DNA of 63,240 nucleotides, the filler included, from Intoshia linei (Eukaryota > Animalia > Orthonectida): NCBI GenBank assembly GCA_001642005.1. It is 8 parts of 8 records of this genome, joined end to end, with 100 filler letters (N's around TTAATTAATTAA, not from the genome) between each part and the next. Parts side by side here need not be neighbours in the genome. Positions count along the whole stretch, not along the records: positions 1 to 30,193 come from LWCA01000367.1; positions 30,294 to 40,478 come from LWCA01001303.1; 6 more parts are not named here. The stretch is one strand, 5' to 3'. A program made the position numbers and the translations under genes. Position 1 is the stretch's first letter. Every line of letters starts with the position of its first letter. Positions 26,501 to 39,200 of this stretch are shown one piece after another. The notes under the pieces are model-generated. The model saw nothing but the letters and a program-made list of their open reading frames with translations. It did not search any database and was not told the DNA's origin.

Positions 26501-28502
26501 ATTATATTAAATTGCAAGTTGCGATTAGTAACTTTGTAAATATTCATTTATAATTTTATATAGTAGGAAGTAATTGTTTTAAATTTATCAATTTTATATG
26601 TTTACATTGAGAAGGTCATGTATGAGATCTGAGGTATGAGAAAAAATTTTTTATATGGTTTTGACCATCAATGAGATTTTTTTTGATAAATTTGATTTCA
26701 CTGTTAATATATTCAATTTTTCTTCAAGATTTAATATATGGTATTTATTTTCTTTCACATAATTTTTCACATTATCACCAACATTTTCTGTCATTTTGTA
26801 AAATGTAAAAAATATCAATTCAAATGATCAAATAAATTTCAATTCGATTATTTATTATTAAAAAAAATTTGAAAGCTTTTGTCAGGTTCGGTTACCGAAT
26901 TTCTCTGATAACTTTGCTGACGGTTATTTTGACTTTCATTGATGACACAGATTCACTAGCTCAAAACAACAACCTAAACTGATTTACATTTTGCAATGTA
27001 CATCGTACATTAGAATGTCACATTTAAAATTTTTTTTAGAAATTAAAAAACATACCAGGTAGATTAGATGTAATAATAAAAAAATGAAAATCCGATAGTG
27101 TATTCTTAAAAGTATGAACTCAAGCCGGCATAATTAGTATTAATTAATGTATATTGTACATTATAAATTGTCTAAACTTATAAGTTCATCTCGAAAAATT
27201 AATTTCAAAAAGTAAAATAACAATTTATAACATTTTTGAAATTAATAATTGTACTTGTTAACTAATCAGAAAAACTCTTATGATAATTTACCAAATCATA
27301 ATATAAATTATAATAAATAGCGTGTAATACATTTAATTAAACTAAAAGACTTATTAAATAATCAATAACTCCATGTTATCATTATAATGTATTGTATAAA
27401 TATAAAAAATGTAATAATAATTGTATAGTTAGTAACAACTCAATAAAATATATGCTAAAAACTAATTCAAAATAAATTATATAAATAAATTAATATTAAT
27501 AAATTAAATAATTAATTATGGTTAATAATAATGTAACAATAGTAAGTAACTAATTATTAGTAACTAATTTTATATTTTCTAGAATGTAAATTTATCAAAA
27601 TGAAAAAATTTGAATAATTTTATTTTTATAGCCAGTAATCAATAATAAACAGCATGAACCAATTTTTATTTTTATTTTCATTTAAAAAATAACAGTTTGT
27701 AATTAATAAAAATTATATATACTTACTGTTGAGATAAGGCATTAATTTATAAATCAATAGTTGGTACATTGTTGAAATAATAAATATTTTTATAATTTTA
27801 CAATATTTTTAAATTTTCAATTATTTTTTATTTGTGAATAGGGCGTAATTCTTATTTTTAATATAATTATATTCATCACTGATTTAAAATATTTTCTAAA
27901 AATATTTATATATAGGCAGTAATTTAAATACTTTATTAATATTATTATTACTGTTACGAAAACGGAAACTGTTTATTATATACACTTTATTATACATTTA
28001 TGTTAGGGGTGTTTCAATTTTAATGTTATTATTATTTTAAATGTCCATGATCTGGAAAAGAGACACTTATTGAAAAATATTAATACTAAAAAAAGTTGAT
28101 AAATTCAATTAAAATTTCAAAAATCCTATTTAAAAATGTTACGGAACAATGGAAATTACTTAATGACTTGATTAATAACTGAAACTTAATGGAAATGTTG
28201 TCTTGGAGACTGTATATTTGATATTGTTACTTTTAGGTAATTTTCTTTGGACTTTAAATTTATCTAAAAAATAATTTTTATCAGCATAGCGAACCTATTA
28301 TACCCACCTTTAATGGGATTGGACTAAAAAAATATTTATAAAAAAAAATACTAAAAATAGCACCCTTAATGAATGTTGTCATAATACACTTCAAATAATA
28401 CCGATTTTTAGCTGGTAAACTAAAATAAAATAAATAAATTATTAATTAAAAATTATTAGGACGTAAAATATTTTTATATCTCATATCTTCATTTTTCATA
28501 TA

Positions 28503-29074
28503 CAGTAGAGCCTCCACTATAAACATGTTGCGTTGTTGGTCAGTTTTTATTAGTTTTCAACAATTTTTATAAATAAATTAAAAAATAGGGTTTTCGCTGT
28601 AGTTCAGTGTTTCTCAGCCGTTGCCCACGGCGACCTAATGCGCTCAGTAAATTTTATGTGTCCCTCCAATAATTGAAAAAGATGTAATTTCATAGAGCAT
28701 CAATACTTCAGTCTTTTTTTGCACCAAAACAACATTTTTTCTTAAATTTTCAGATTTTTATATCAAAATCTTGTAGAATAGTAAAGATTTTCAGTAATCA
28801 CGCGACAAATATAAACATTTTTGATTTTCTGTGTGCTAAAATTTTTTAATTGTTTCCAAGTCCGACAAAGACAAGGAAAAAAGGTTGAGAAACACTAGGT
28901 TAAAAAAAGTTGATCGACATTGATTCGACAGTCAAATATAAAATAATAAATGTAGTCATATAGACTTAAAGGTAAGCATGTCCAGGTCCTAGAAACTGAA
29001 TTGCATTAATCAGCGATTAATAATCGTCAAAATTTTTAATTTGTCGATTTTGGTTGATGGTGGAAGCTTCACTG
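28503..29074. mobile_element. pogo-like MITE hosting a nested hAT MITE (28604-28897)
   Basis: Outer TIR CAGTAGAGCCTCCAC / rc CAGTGAAGCTTCCAC; inner CAGTGTTTCTCAGCC…GGTTGAGAAACACTA. Confidence 0.6.
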
Positions 29075-29584
29075 AATATGCTGGACCATTGTCCAGTGAT
29101 ATATCCAGTGGACATTTATTAGTCAATTTTTACATAAATAATGTAATTTAAAATTTGAAAATATGAATCTAAAAAATTGTTCTTTTTGGTATTTCTGTAA
29201 TATTTTGAAAGGAATTAATTCATTTAAGATTTAGTAAATTTTGAGAGCGTCCACTGGATTTAGTGATATAATAATATGCATTATCATAATAATAGATTGT
29301 AAATATTGTAGTCTATTGTACAACGTTGTATTTCTTCAAAATTTATAATTGTTATATTTAGCAGGGAGTAAAATCAATACTTATATATATAATGTATATT
29401 AAATGAAAAAATAAAAATAATTATTATTTTTTTATAGGTTCAGAATGTAAATTACAACTATATTCTTTTTTTATTGTATAATTTTTTATTTTAGATTACT
29501 AGTTTCGAAAAAATCAATAAAAATTTTTATATATATTTTAATGTTAATTGTGACTAATATATTAATAAACTTATTATTGTTCAT

Positions 29585-30193
29585 TAGGGTGTCCACTTTT
29601 TTAAAGATCAAAAAGTATATTTGCCTATAAATGTATTTTTATGCGCTAATCACGATTATGTATACATTGTATGTTTTAATTAAAATTTTCTTCGTCTATT
29701 TTTTTAAACGTCTTTTAATAAAATAACGTAAACATACCTTTATTTATTTTACAATACAATTGAATTTGATAATTATAATTAATATTGATAAATGCCAAAA
29801 GTTAATAATTTAATCTCTAAAAATGGTTTGAATCAGACACGTTTATATGGTGTAGTAATTAGTGTACCTCTAGATAGTCTATGCAGATTGCCGACAATTA
29901 AGAAAGTTATGGGAAGGTATCATTATTTACAAATGGAAAATAGCAAAAAATACAAATTATATTATTGTAATAAAACTGCTGAAGAACTACATGGCTTGTG
30001 GGTAAAAATGATTATTGGTCCAATCCCATTAGGATTGGTCAAATTGAAAATTAGAGATCTAATGAAAAAATATACACCATTTTCTAAAAATCCTAAATAT
30101 GACTGCGAATTTCAAGAAAGTTGGGGAAGCATATTCATAATAAGAGATAAAAATATACAAATTGACGATGAAGATGAACGTTTTCTGAAAATG
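29585..30193 (+). mobile_element. 5' part of a second hATm-like element, truncated by a linker
   Basis: TAGGGTGTCCACTTTTTTAAAGATC end is nearly identical to the 15349 end. ORF 29792 is homologous to ORF 15148 (YGVV..PL..L.RLPTIKKVMGRYH). Confidence 0.85.
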
Positions 30194-30293
30194 NNNNNNN
30201 NNNNNNNNNNNNNNNNNNNNNNNNNNNNNNNNNNNNNTTAATTAATTAANNNNNNNNNNNNNNNNNNNNNNNNNNNNNNNNNNNNNNNNNNNN
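30194..30293. other. Artificial contig linker N44-TTAATTAATTAA-N44 (also 40479-40578, 46679-46778, 51437-51536, 52680-52779, 59009-59108, 60325-60424)
   Basis: Identical 100-bp six-frame-stop spacer repeated seven times. Confidence 0.98.
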
Positions 30294-30904
30294 ATCACAT
30301 TTTTGTTGACAACTTTTTTAATAGCCATAGCTTAGTGACTGAAATGAAAAAAGCTGGATGGCAATTCAATGGGACGATACTAAAGGATCGAATCAATAAT
30401 TGCCCGATAAAAGATATTAAATATATTAAAAAACTGCCGAGAGGTTCGTACGATGTGGAGTGTGATGGAATAGTAAATGTATTACGATGGAATTATAACT
30501 TAGTTGTAACATTTGCTAACAACGTTTGTGGTGTAGAACCTATTGAAAAGGTCAAAAGATGAAGTAAAAAATATAAAAAATTTGATCATATTATACAACC
30601 CCATATCGTATAAGAATATAATCACGGAATGGGTGGCGTTAATATATTTGACAGAGCGGCTTCGGATTATCGACCCTTGATTAGAGCTAAGAAGTGATAT
30701 TTCCCCCTAATGATCCATGGCATTAATGCTCTAATGGTTTACGCATGGCGTATGTACTAAATGATTCATCAATGTAAAATGCCTCAATTAAAATTTCGAA
30801 GAAGCGTAGTTCTTGCTGCAATTACTACATCATTTCCTCGCCCAACTACAAGGCCTCAGTTAACAGTATCGACTTCATCTCGGGTTATCGGGCTAATGGG
30901 TTAA
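30294..30904 (+). mobile_element. piggyBac transposase relic (3' half) with right end
   Basis: FVDNFFNS, NGTILKDR, RGSYD, EYNHGMGGV, RAKK*YFP; ends GGG|TTAA. Confidence 0.88.
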
Positions 30905-31491
30905 AAATAAAATTGTAAATATTAATTCTAAAATTTAAAAAAAATGGAAATTGATTCATTTTGATTTTTTATCATTGCTATGTAGTTTCTTATTTTCATA
31001 AGAGTTTTAACTTGAAACTTTCAATTTATGAATCAAATGCAGTATAACTTTGTTACAATCATATTGATTTATTAGCGACGTTAATATTTGTTAGAAAATT
31101 TGGTTCGTCATCATAGATAAGTAGTTTTGGCGTTACATTTAACACCAAATAAACTAAAATTGATAGTACGTATTTTTTCTGGCCACTTTAATTTAACTTA
31201 ATTTAATTTTTTAAATGTGCTAAATCCTTTATTTATTGACAAAAGTAAAATTACGAAAAAGTTGATACCAGTGAACTGCAGTCTACATTCTAAACTAACT
31301 CACTAAGCATAAATTGTAATTAAACTATTAAATTTAATTTAAACTTCAACCATTTAATTAAAACTTTATATTTACATATCGATAAAATAGATTGATACAA
31401 TAATTTGTATTAGTTATTTTAACTTCATTTGTAGGTAAAGTTTTCATTATATCTTAAAACAACTTGACTGTCTATTTTTAAAGTTTTTGCT

Positions 31492-32735
31492 TCATTCGTT
31501 GCTTTTTTCAATTAAAGCATTAAGTAACTTTCTTCGTCCCATAGATGTAAAAATTTCTACAGTCAAGTTATCTAAATAAAAAATTGAAAGAAAAGAAACG
31601 AAAAAGTATCACTAGAGTATTTTGCTTCAAGAGTTTGTCGTATTAGTAAAAAGTATTGCATGTGACCAACTATTATAAAAATCAATTCAAATTTAAATTA
31701 AATTAATTGGTACGTACCATGCGAACATGAGCCATTTTGTTGGTATATAACTGATTTTCATTTATTGAATTCATACGAGAATCTTTTTCAGTTTGGTGAA
31801 TAAAAAAATGATTATTATAAAAAGGATAAAATAAAATTTCAGTTTTATTAAAAAACCAAAACAATAATTTTTTTGATAATCGACATTTTAGATTTGATAT
31901 CAATGATCGAAATGACTGATTCATCGGTACTGTCGAGATTATCGAAATTTGGACAAGGGGCACTAAAAATTAACTAATACTAGCTAATACAAATTATTAC
32001 ATCATGTATGTATAAATAATAATATTTTAATAAAAATGACTTTTTAAATACATATATACAAAAATATTATTACGCATCATTTTTGTAATCAGGATTATCT
32101 TAACATGTATTGTAATTGTGTTAATTATATCAAAATATATAATTTTAAAATTTACCATTATATTCGTATTCAGAGTGGAATTTTAATTTTTTGTGTTTCT
32201 TGTTTAAAAGTTGTTTATCGAATAATTTAGAATGGCTCTTTCTGTTGGCTTCCGCATAATTGTCCTTGTAAATTTCATCAATATTTTCAACACTCTTAAT
32301 GTCATCATCTTTAACATTAGATTTAGATTGACTGATCTAGAAAATATTCAACATGTAACAATAACAATATAAAATTATAATCATTGATAATTATCAAAAA
32401 AAAAATTTTTTTTCATTTTATTATAATAAAATTACTATTGATATAATTGCGTCAAAATTTGGATCTGATCTTAGGGAACGCTTAGATATTAATTTTTTTT
32501 TACACGTTGGACATGCTTTGTTTCCATTTCTCAAAGCCGTTATAATACATCCATTACAAAAGCGGTGTAAGCATTCTTTGGTTGTCATTGTATCTCTCAG
32601 TACACCCAAGCAAATTGGACACATTATTTCTGATATATTTTTTGATATTTTAACTATATTGTTGTTTTCCATTGTTTCTATCAATGGACTTCTTTGTTTT
32701 TCATATTTCGTTAAAACCCAATCTTCTAAACCCAT
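31492..32735 (-). CDS. RNF2: Polycomb PRC1 E3 ligase RING1/RNF2 (Sce-like); 3' exon structure uncertain
   Basis: Exon 32735-32436 encodes [11 protein letters not shown] and [59 protein letters not shown], near-identical to RING1/RNF2. Exon 32336-32156 is in phase. Downstream exons give a weakly RAWUL-like region. Confidence 0.88.
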
Positions 32736-33285
32736 TTATATATGTTTTTTATGTTCGTAGAATTTTTATAATAAAATTCTATTTACCTAATAATATAATT
32801 TAAAATGACTTGACAACACGTGTTTTAAGAGTCAAAGATCTATTACATTTGTAGAGTTATTAAAAGACTGTTGGCCACCTTGATTCAATTTCATTTTTGA
32901 GAATGTTAACTTTATTGGCGATTAAAAATGTACAAACCCGAAGGCTTAGCATTTTTTAAACTAAAATTTAAACACTAATAGGTGCTTTTACTGGAAAAAA
33001 TTAACCATTTGATTTATTTTAATCTTATTTTATTGTTATAAAAGTTATTTGAATTCCTTTTCCTTATAAATAATAAAAATTCTAATTCAATTAAAAATTC
33101 TCATACTTTATATTCTGAATGAAAAAAGTTCATTGTAAAACATTTTGTATTAGACTATTATCAAATGAAAAACTAACGGTTGTTATCCATATCAAAATAA
33201 ATTTAACCAATTGTTATAAATATATTACAGAAATGATAAATAATTGCTATTTATAGAACTTGCGAATAATTATAAATGCAATGAT
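32736..33285. promoter_or_regulatory. Probable shared divergent promoter region between RNF2-like and SUMF1
   Basis: Head-to-head start codons 550 bp apart with no recognisable TE between them. Confidence 0.5.
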
Positions 33286-36200
33286 ATGTTGAAATTTGAA
33301 GTTTATCTTTTAATTTTATTATTTTATGCAGTAGTGGTAAACGGAGAATGTTCAGAATGCGCAAAAAGTAGAAATTCTAATAAAGATCCAGATAAAGTAG
33401 TAATTGAAGAGCCTACATTTAAAGTAAAAAATAAACCGAAATTCTCTGAATACGAAGTTGATTTTATCACACATCTTATTAAACATGATAAAGACTTTGA
33501 AATGGCTTATTTTAATGGTGGAGAATTTCATATTGGAACAAACAAACCTATTTATAAGGTTGAAGCCGAAAGTCCTCTGTTACCAGTTAAAATTGATTCA
33601 TATTGGTATGACAAAACAACGGTATAATCCTTACTTATATAATATTCGTTGTTTGTCTGTGTGTGTTACCATTTATTTCAATAACTACCGACTTAGAATT
33701 TTATAAAGTCCACATTTCAATTATAGTTTTTTCCGGGAGTGTTAACAAAATAAATTTCAACTTCCCAAATTCACTTCTTACGGGTCAAAAAGTCTAATTG
33801 TTTTTTTTTGAAAATCAAACGAGTTCGAGAATTTAAACTAATATACACTTTGATAGGGATTTTAAAATCATAAATAAAATCATTAATTTAAATTTAAACA
33901 AAATATATCTTCAGGGCCAAAACCACAAATTACCCCTTTTTTTTAATGAAAACAACCCTAGGATTTAAAAAAATTTACAGGTGGTACAGTTGTATCCTGT
34001 TAACACACACACAAACTTTCAATCTAAATAAGTTACGCCTTCACAGTCAAAAGAGCATTTTAGTATTAATATAATTTTTTTCCGAAATATTTTATTAACA
34101 TGTACTGTTGTACCAGTTCAATTTTTATGGTTGTCATAAAGTGAGCGAGTTGTCGCTCAATTTATAATTTTGTATTAAATTTTCACGTTAAATTGTCTTG
34201 AAATTATTGAATAAGTTTCGCTAAATAAATCTAAAGACCTTCGACGACGACGACACATTACATTATAAAGTCAATAGCACTATAAACAAGTAAATTTTTT
34301 TTTTAGAAATAAAACCACAAGTGTTATGTTGATTATTAAGTTGAAGAAAAGAGATTCAGTTGTTAAATGTTTAGTTGATACTGGAGCGACAGATAGTTTG
34401 ATTAATGCGAGAATAATAATAGTTGAGGATAGTAATAATTTAGTTGTGTCAAAAGAGAAGTTGTTTAAGGGTGCATTTGGAAATATAAAATGGTTGGTAA
34501 AAATGTGTTCACTTCTTTTATGTTACAGTTGTATTAGTTTTAATATGAGTTGTTATGTTGATCAAAATTAAAAATTTGAGGAGTTTGATGTGTTTTTGGG
34601 TTGTGATTTTTTAAAAAAATTTGATGTATTACAAAAAGTGTCTAAATTTATTAACCCCATAAAATATTGTTTTAACAACAAAACAAAATTATAATAATAA
34701 CTATAATTTTCATTTTTTTGTATATTATAGAATAAAGTCAATTGTACATGATTTAGCTGAACACGATATATTAAAATATACAAATTTTTTTAATTTTTCT
34801 GAGCAAACGAAGCAGGAATTTAAGTTTTTGGATGAAAAAATTAAGAAAAACATAAAAATAAAGTTGAATTTAGCCATATTTTGTTAATTAGTTAATTGAG
34901 CAACGCAACGTCGTTACTGACTTTTTTGAAAAATTGTTTTAAGATAGTGATCTGCATTCAAAAAGACACCCATTTAGCTACTCCGTCTTTCAATTTCTCA
35001 AAATTTAAAAACGATGTGACACTCTAATGTACATTGTACAATAATAATAATATACTTTTAGGTGTCAAATAAAAATTTCATGAAATTTGTGATATCTTCA
35101 AATTACACTACTGATTCAGAAATATTTGGTGATTCGTTTGTAGTTACAACATTTTTATCTGAAGAAAAAATTAGTCAACTCACTGAAGTGGTAAATTATA
35201 AATTTTCAAATATGTTATTACCAATATATACATTAATAACTTATTAATGTAATGAATTAATTTAATGGTCCAAACTAAAATAAAATTAATCAACGTCTTT
35301 TGTTTCTATTTATTATTTACTGGTTGCTTATAAGGTTTAGTAAAATCGGGTCTTTCAAAATAATATAGGAAAAGAAGATATTTCCTTTAAGCGTTGGTAT
35401 TATAGTAGTTTTATTTTAGGGTTGGAATAAAAGGTTTTTCTCATAAATTTGATAAAATCATGTTATTCAAAAAATATTGGAAAAAGTGTATATTTCTCTT
35501 AGGGGTTGGTAGAAGTGTATTTTTTATTTTTAGGTTTGATTAAGTTGTATTTTTTTCATCACATTTCGTAAAATCGGATTTTTCAAAAAAATATCGGTAA
35601 AAGTAAATTTTTCCAGGGTTTGAAATGGTATTTTTTATTAGTGTATTATTATATATTATATATTAATTATATATTATTTTATTAATGGTTGGATAAAAGT
35701 GAAATTTTTGAAATAATAATGAGCGGTTGTCGAGGCTTTGGGATAATAAACATTTAGATTCTAGAAAGTCTGTAATGAATATTAAAGTATAAATAATTAA
35801 TATATATAATATAAAAGTCTCTTATAAAAATAATCAAAAGTTCAAAAAATCGAAAAATTTAATAAATAAACAAAACTTTTTTACATTTTATTTTAATCTC
35901 ACGGATCCCATGCATATAATTTTTCAATAAACATTTTATATCAATTAATTTTGAGAAAAATCCACTTTTACCATTACTTCAGAGAAAAATTATTTCAAAA
36001 CAAAGAATAATAAATTATTATAATTTACACTTATGTTAGTTTTAATTTTTTATTTTTATCGATAGAAATATTTATTTCGATAAATTGCTTGCGCTAATGC
36101 TAATATGTAGATATAAACGTTAATTATAGGTAAAAGGAACGGAATGGTGGACTTCACTAAAGAATGCAACGTGGGATCACCCATACGGAGATGATACCGA

Positions 36201-39200
36201 TATAACAAACATGTAAATTATTGATATTATACTACAACCCGACACGGGAAATATTGGTTGCCCAATATACTATTATTTTAATTAAAAAATCCACCCTTGG
36301 TAGAGCTAGGTGATGTTTGTACAAAGTACATAACAGTCAACTAGTTACAATTATATAAAATTTTGCGATTAATTAATTTGTCAGTATTTTAATTAAATAC
36401 TGACATTTTTAATAAAAAATTTTCTGTTTTTTCAACATAAAATTGTCAGTATACACACTAAAATATCAGTAATAAAAAGTATTTTGTCAGTACATAATTG
36501 TATTTTTGTCAGTAGATATATTAACTAGATCAGTATTCATCGAAAATTGTAACTCAACAAAAAAGTATATAGAAATAAACACATTTTATAAAATACAATT
36601 ACATATAATTAATACATAAGAGCTTTAGTAGCTCTTTTTGGTCGTCCTCTTGACCTTTTTTACCTTGTAATTTTTATTTGTTTTGCTGCTGGTGGGACGA
36701 TTAATTAATTTGTCAGTATTTAACAAACCAAATTATGTAATTATGTTAATTCCTTTAATCTTTTTTATATCTCTTTCTTGTCTTTATTATTATCCTTGTG
36801 AGGTTAATAATTAGGTTAATCTTATGAAATACTTTATATAATAATATCATCCATTACAGACCCAAGTTAAAACTAAAATATTAAGATACCATATTATACC
36901 TACAAACCAAATTACAAAAAAATTATGTCAATTATGTCAATTAATATGTAAATTAATTGTGTCAGTATTTTTCTTATTGATTTGTCATTATTTTTAATTA
37001 TTTTTCAGAATTGTAGATGGTTTGTCAGTATTTTAGATGCCTATACTGACAAAATAATTTTTTTTACTGTCCTTCCAATTTAAATACTGACAATCAATTA
37101 CTTATACTGAGACCTTATCAATTGGCACCTAAAATACTAACAAACCATCTACAATACTGAAAAATCAATGTTTTTACTGACAAATCAATAAGAAAAATAC
37201 TGACACAATAAATGCACGCCTAAAAATTTATTAATTCTGGCTTTAGAATGAATCATCCAGTTATAAACGTAAGCCATCGAGATGCTGAAAATTATTGTAA
37301 ATGGGTTGGAAAAAGATTGCCAACGGAAGCAGAATTTGAATTTGTTTGTAAAGATGGTCGCAAAGACGAGTATATTTTTTATTGCTTATTTTTTCACTTT
37401 TATTGACGATTCTACTTTTCTTCAATTTTACATTATATTACATATACATTATACATTTTGTACAATAGAGTGTCCACTTTTAATACTTCTTATAAGTTTA
37501 AAAGCAGTCATTTTGCTTATCGATGTCTTTTTTAATTTAAAAAAAGTATAAATTTTTTTTTTAAATAGGTGACTATTTACATTCTCATAAGTGCAATTAT
37601 GAAATCAAAATGTTAAGATAAATATATAACATAACTTGAATTGATATGATACATGTATCATGTCAGCAATGTATCGTCTTTCTTGGATGGTTTTACCATG
37701 CTTTTTTGTAGTTTATATTTTTAAATATCAGCACGATTCTTTTAATAAACTGATTTTAAAACATATTTTTAATAATATTTATTATTATAATAATACACAC
37801 TCAAGTTTTAAAAATTTTTAATAATAATATAAACATAATATTTGATAATGTTTGTTATTTGAATTAAAATATTTCAGTCTTTTTCCATGGGGAGACGAAG
37901 AAACATTAAATGATAAAAACATAAAGAATATTTGGGAAGGAAAATTTCCATATGTAAACACGGCTGATGATGGTTACAATACGACTTGTCCGGTACATTT
38001 TTATAATAAATTACTAGCTAGATATATATAGCTTTTTTGACCTTGATGGCTTCACTTTGAGACATTAATTTTTTTTAAATTAAACATTTTTAAATACATG
38101 TATGTTAACTGGACAAAGCTATATAAAATTTGAAATTTTTTTAAGATAATAAAATTTTTTTAAATTATAGGGCTATTAGTTTTTTTTATTTTGAAAATAA
38201 TGGGTAATTAGGTATTTTCGTCGTAAAGATATAAGTTTTTAAAATTGAAGTTTATGATAATGTTATGATTTTAAAATCTGAATGGAATTATATATTTTAT
38301 GTCGTAATTCATATACATAGTAAGGATTCCTTACTTATATCAAGTATTTGAGTTAACATATGTAATACATATTAATGTAAGTCTGTTTGTTTGTTCATTT
38401 ATTTATTTGTTTGTTACTGTTTATTAAGCAATCAATATTTACATTGAAGCAATGAAAAAAATTTTGAAGGAATGAATTATATAGATTTTCACCTATATTT
38501 ATTTGAAATGTGTAGATACAATACACATTTTTTTTGAAAATGTAGGATCAATATTTACATTTTAATCTAAATATTTGAAAAATATTGGTCGATAATATAT
38601 TAAAAATTATTTTTCAACGAGAATGCATAGATTTCTGGGGTTGAAATTTTGTATTTATATGATTTGAAATAAGCTATATCAGCATAATATTTTTTTTAAT
38701 TTTCGGACCGTTTGGTAGAATAAAAATGTTCCCTCTGCAGAGCTAGGTGATGTTTGTACGTAGTACATAAACGTCAACCTAGTAATTTTTATATAAGTAA
38801 AAGATAGTAATTTAGGTTAACAGTCACATACAAACAAAATCCGGGATATATGATATTATTGGAAATGTATGGGAATGGGTAGACGATTGGTGGGCTGTAA
38901 GGAATCGTAACAAACCTTTCGAAAATCCGGTAAAATAAACATAATTTTTCATTTACATGTTAACAACAATTCTCATATGTATACTTTAGAAGGGACCAAA
39001 AAGTGGAAAAGAAAAGGTTAAAAAGGGAGGTTCGTTTATGTGTACAACTGAGTATTGTTATCGTTATCGTTGCGCTGCAAGGTATTAAGTACAGGGAAAC
39101 TTCACTATTTGCCCAAATCGAAAATTCAAAATTTTTAGAGAATAATAGAACCTGGTTTTAGAAAACAACTAAAAAATATATTATATATAATAATATTACT

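Noticed and set aside
30238-30249. TTAATTAATTAA as a piggyBac TSD or a biological repeat
   Set aside because: It is embedded in N runs and identical at seven places, so it is an artificial six-frame stop linker. ORFs running into it are artefactually extended.
36350-37225. Recurring TGTCAGTA units as a CRISPR-like array
   Set aside because: The repeats are only about 8 nt, irregularly spaced and in both orientations, in a eukaryotic intron with no cas genes.
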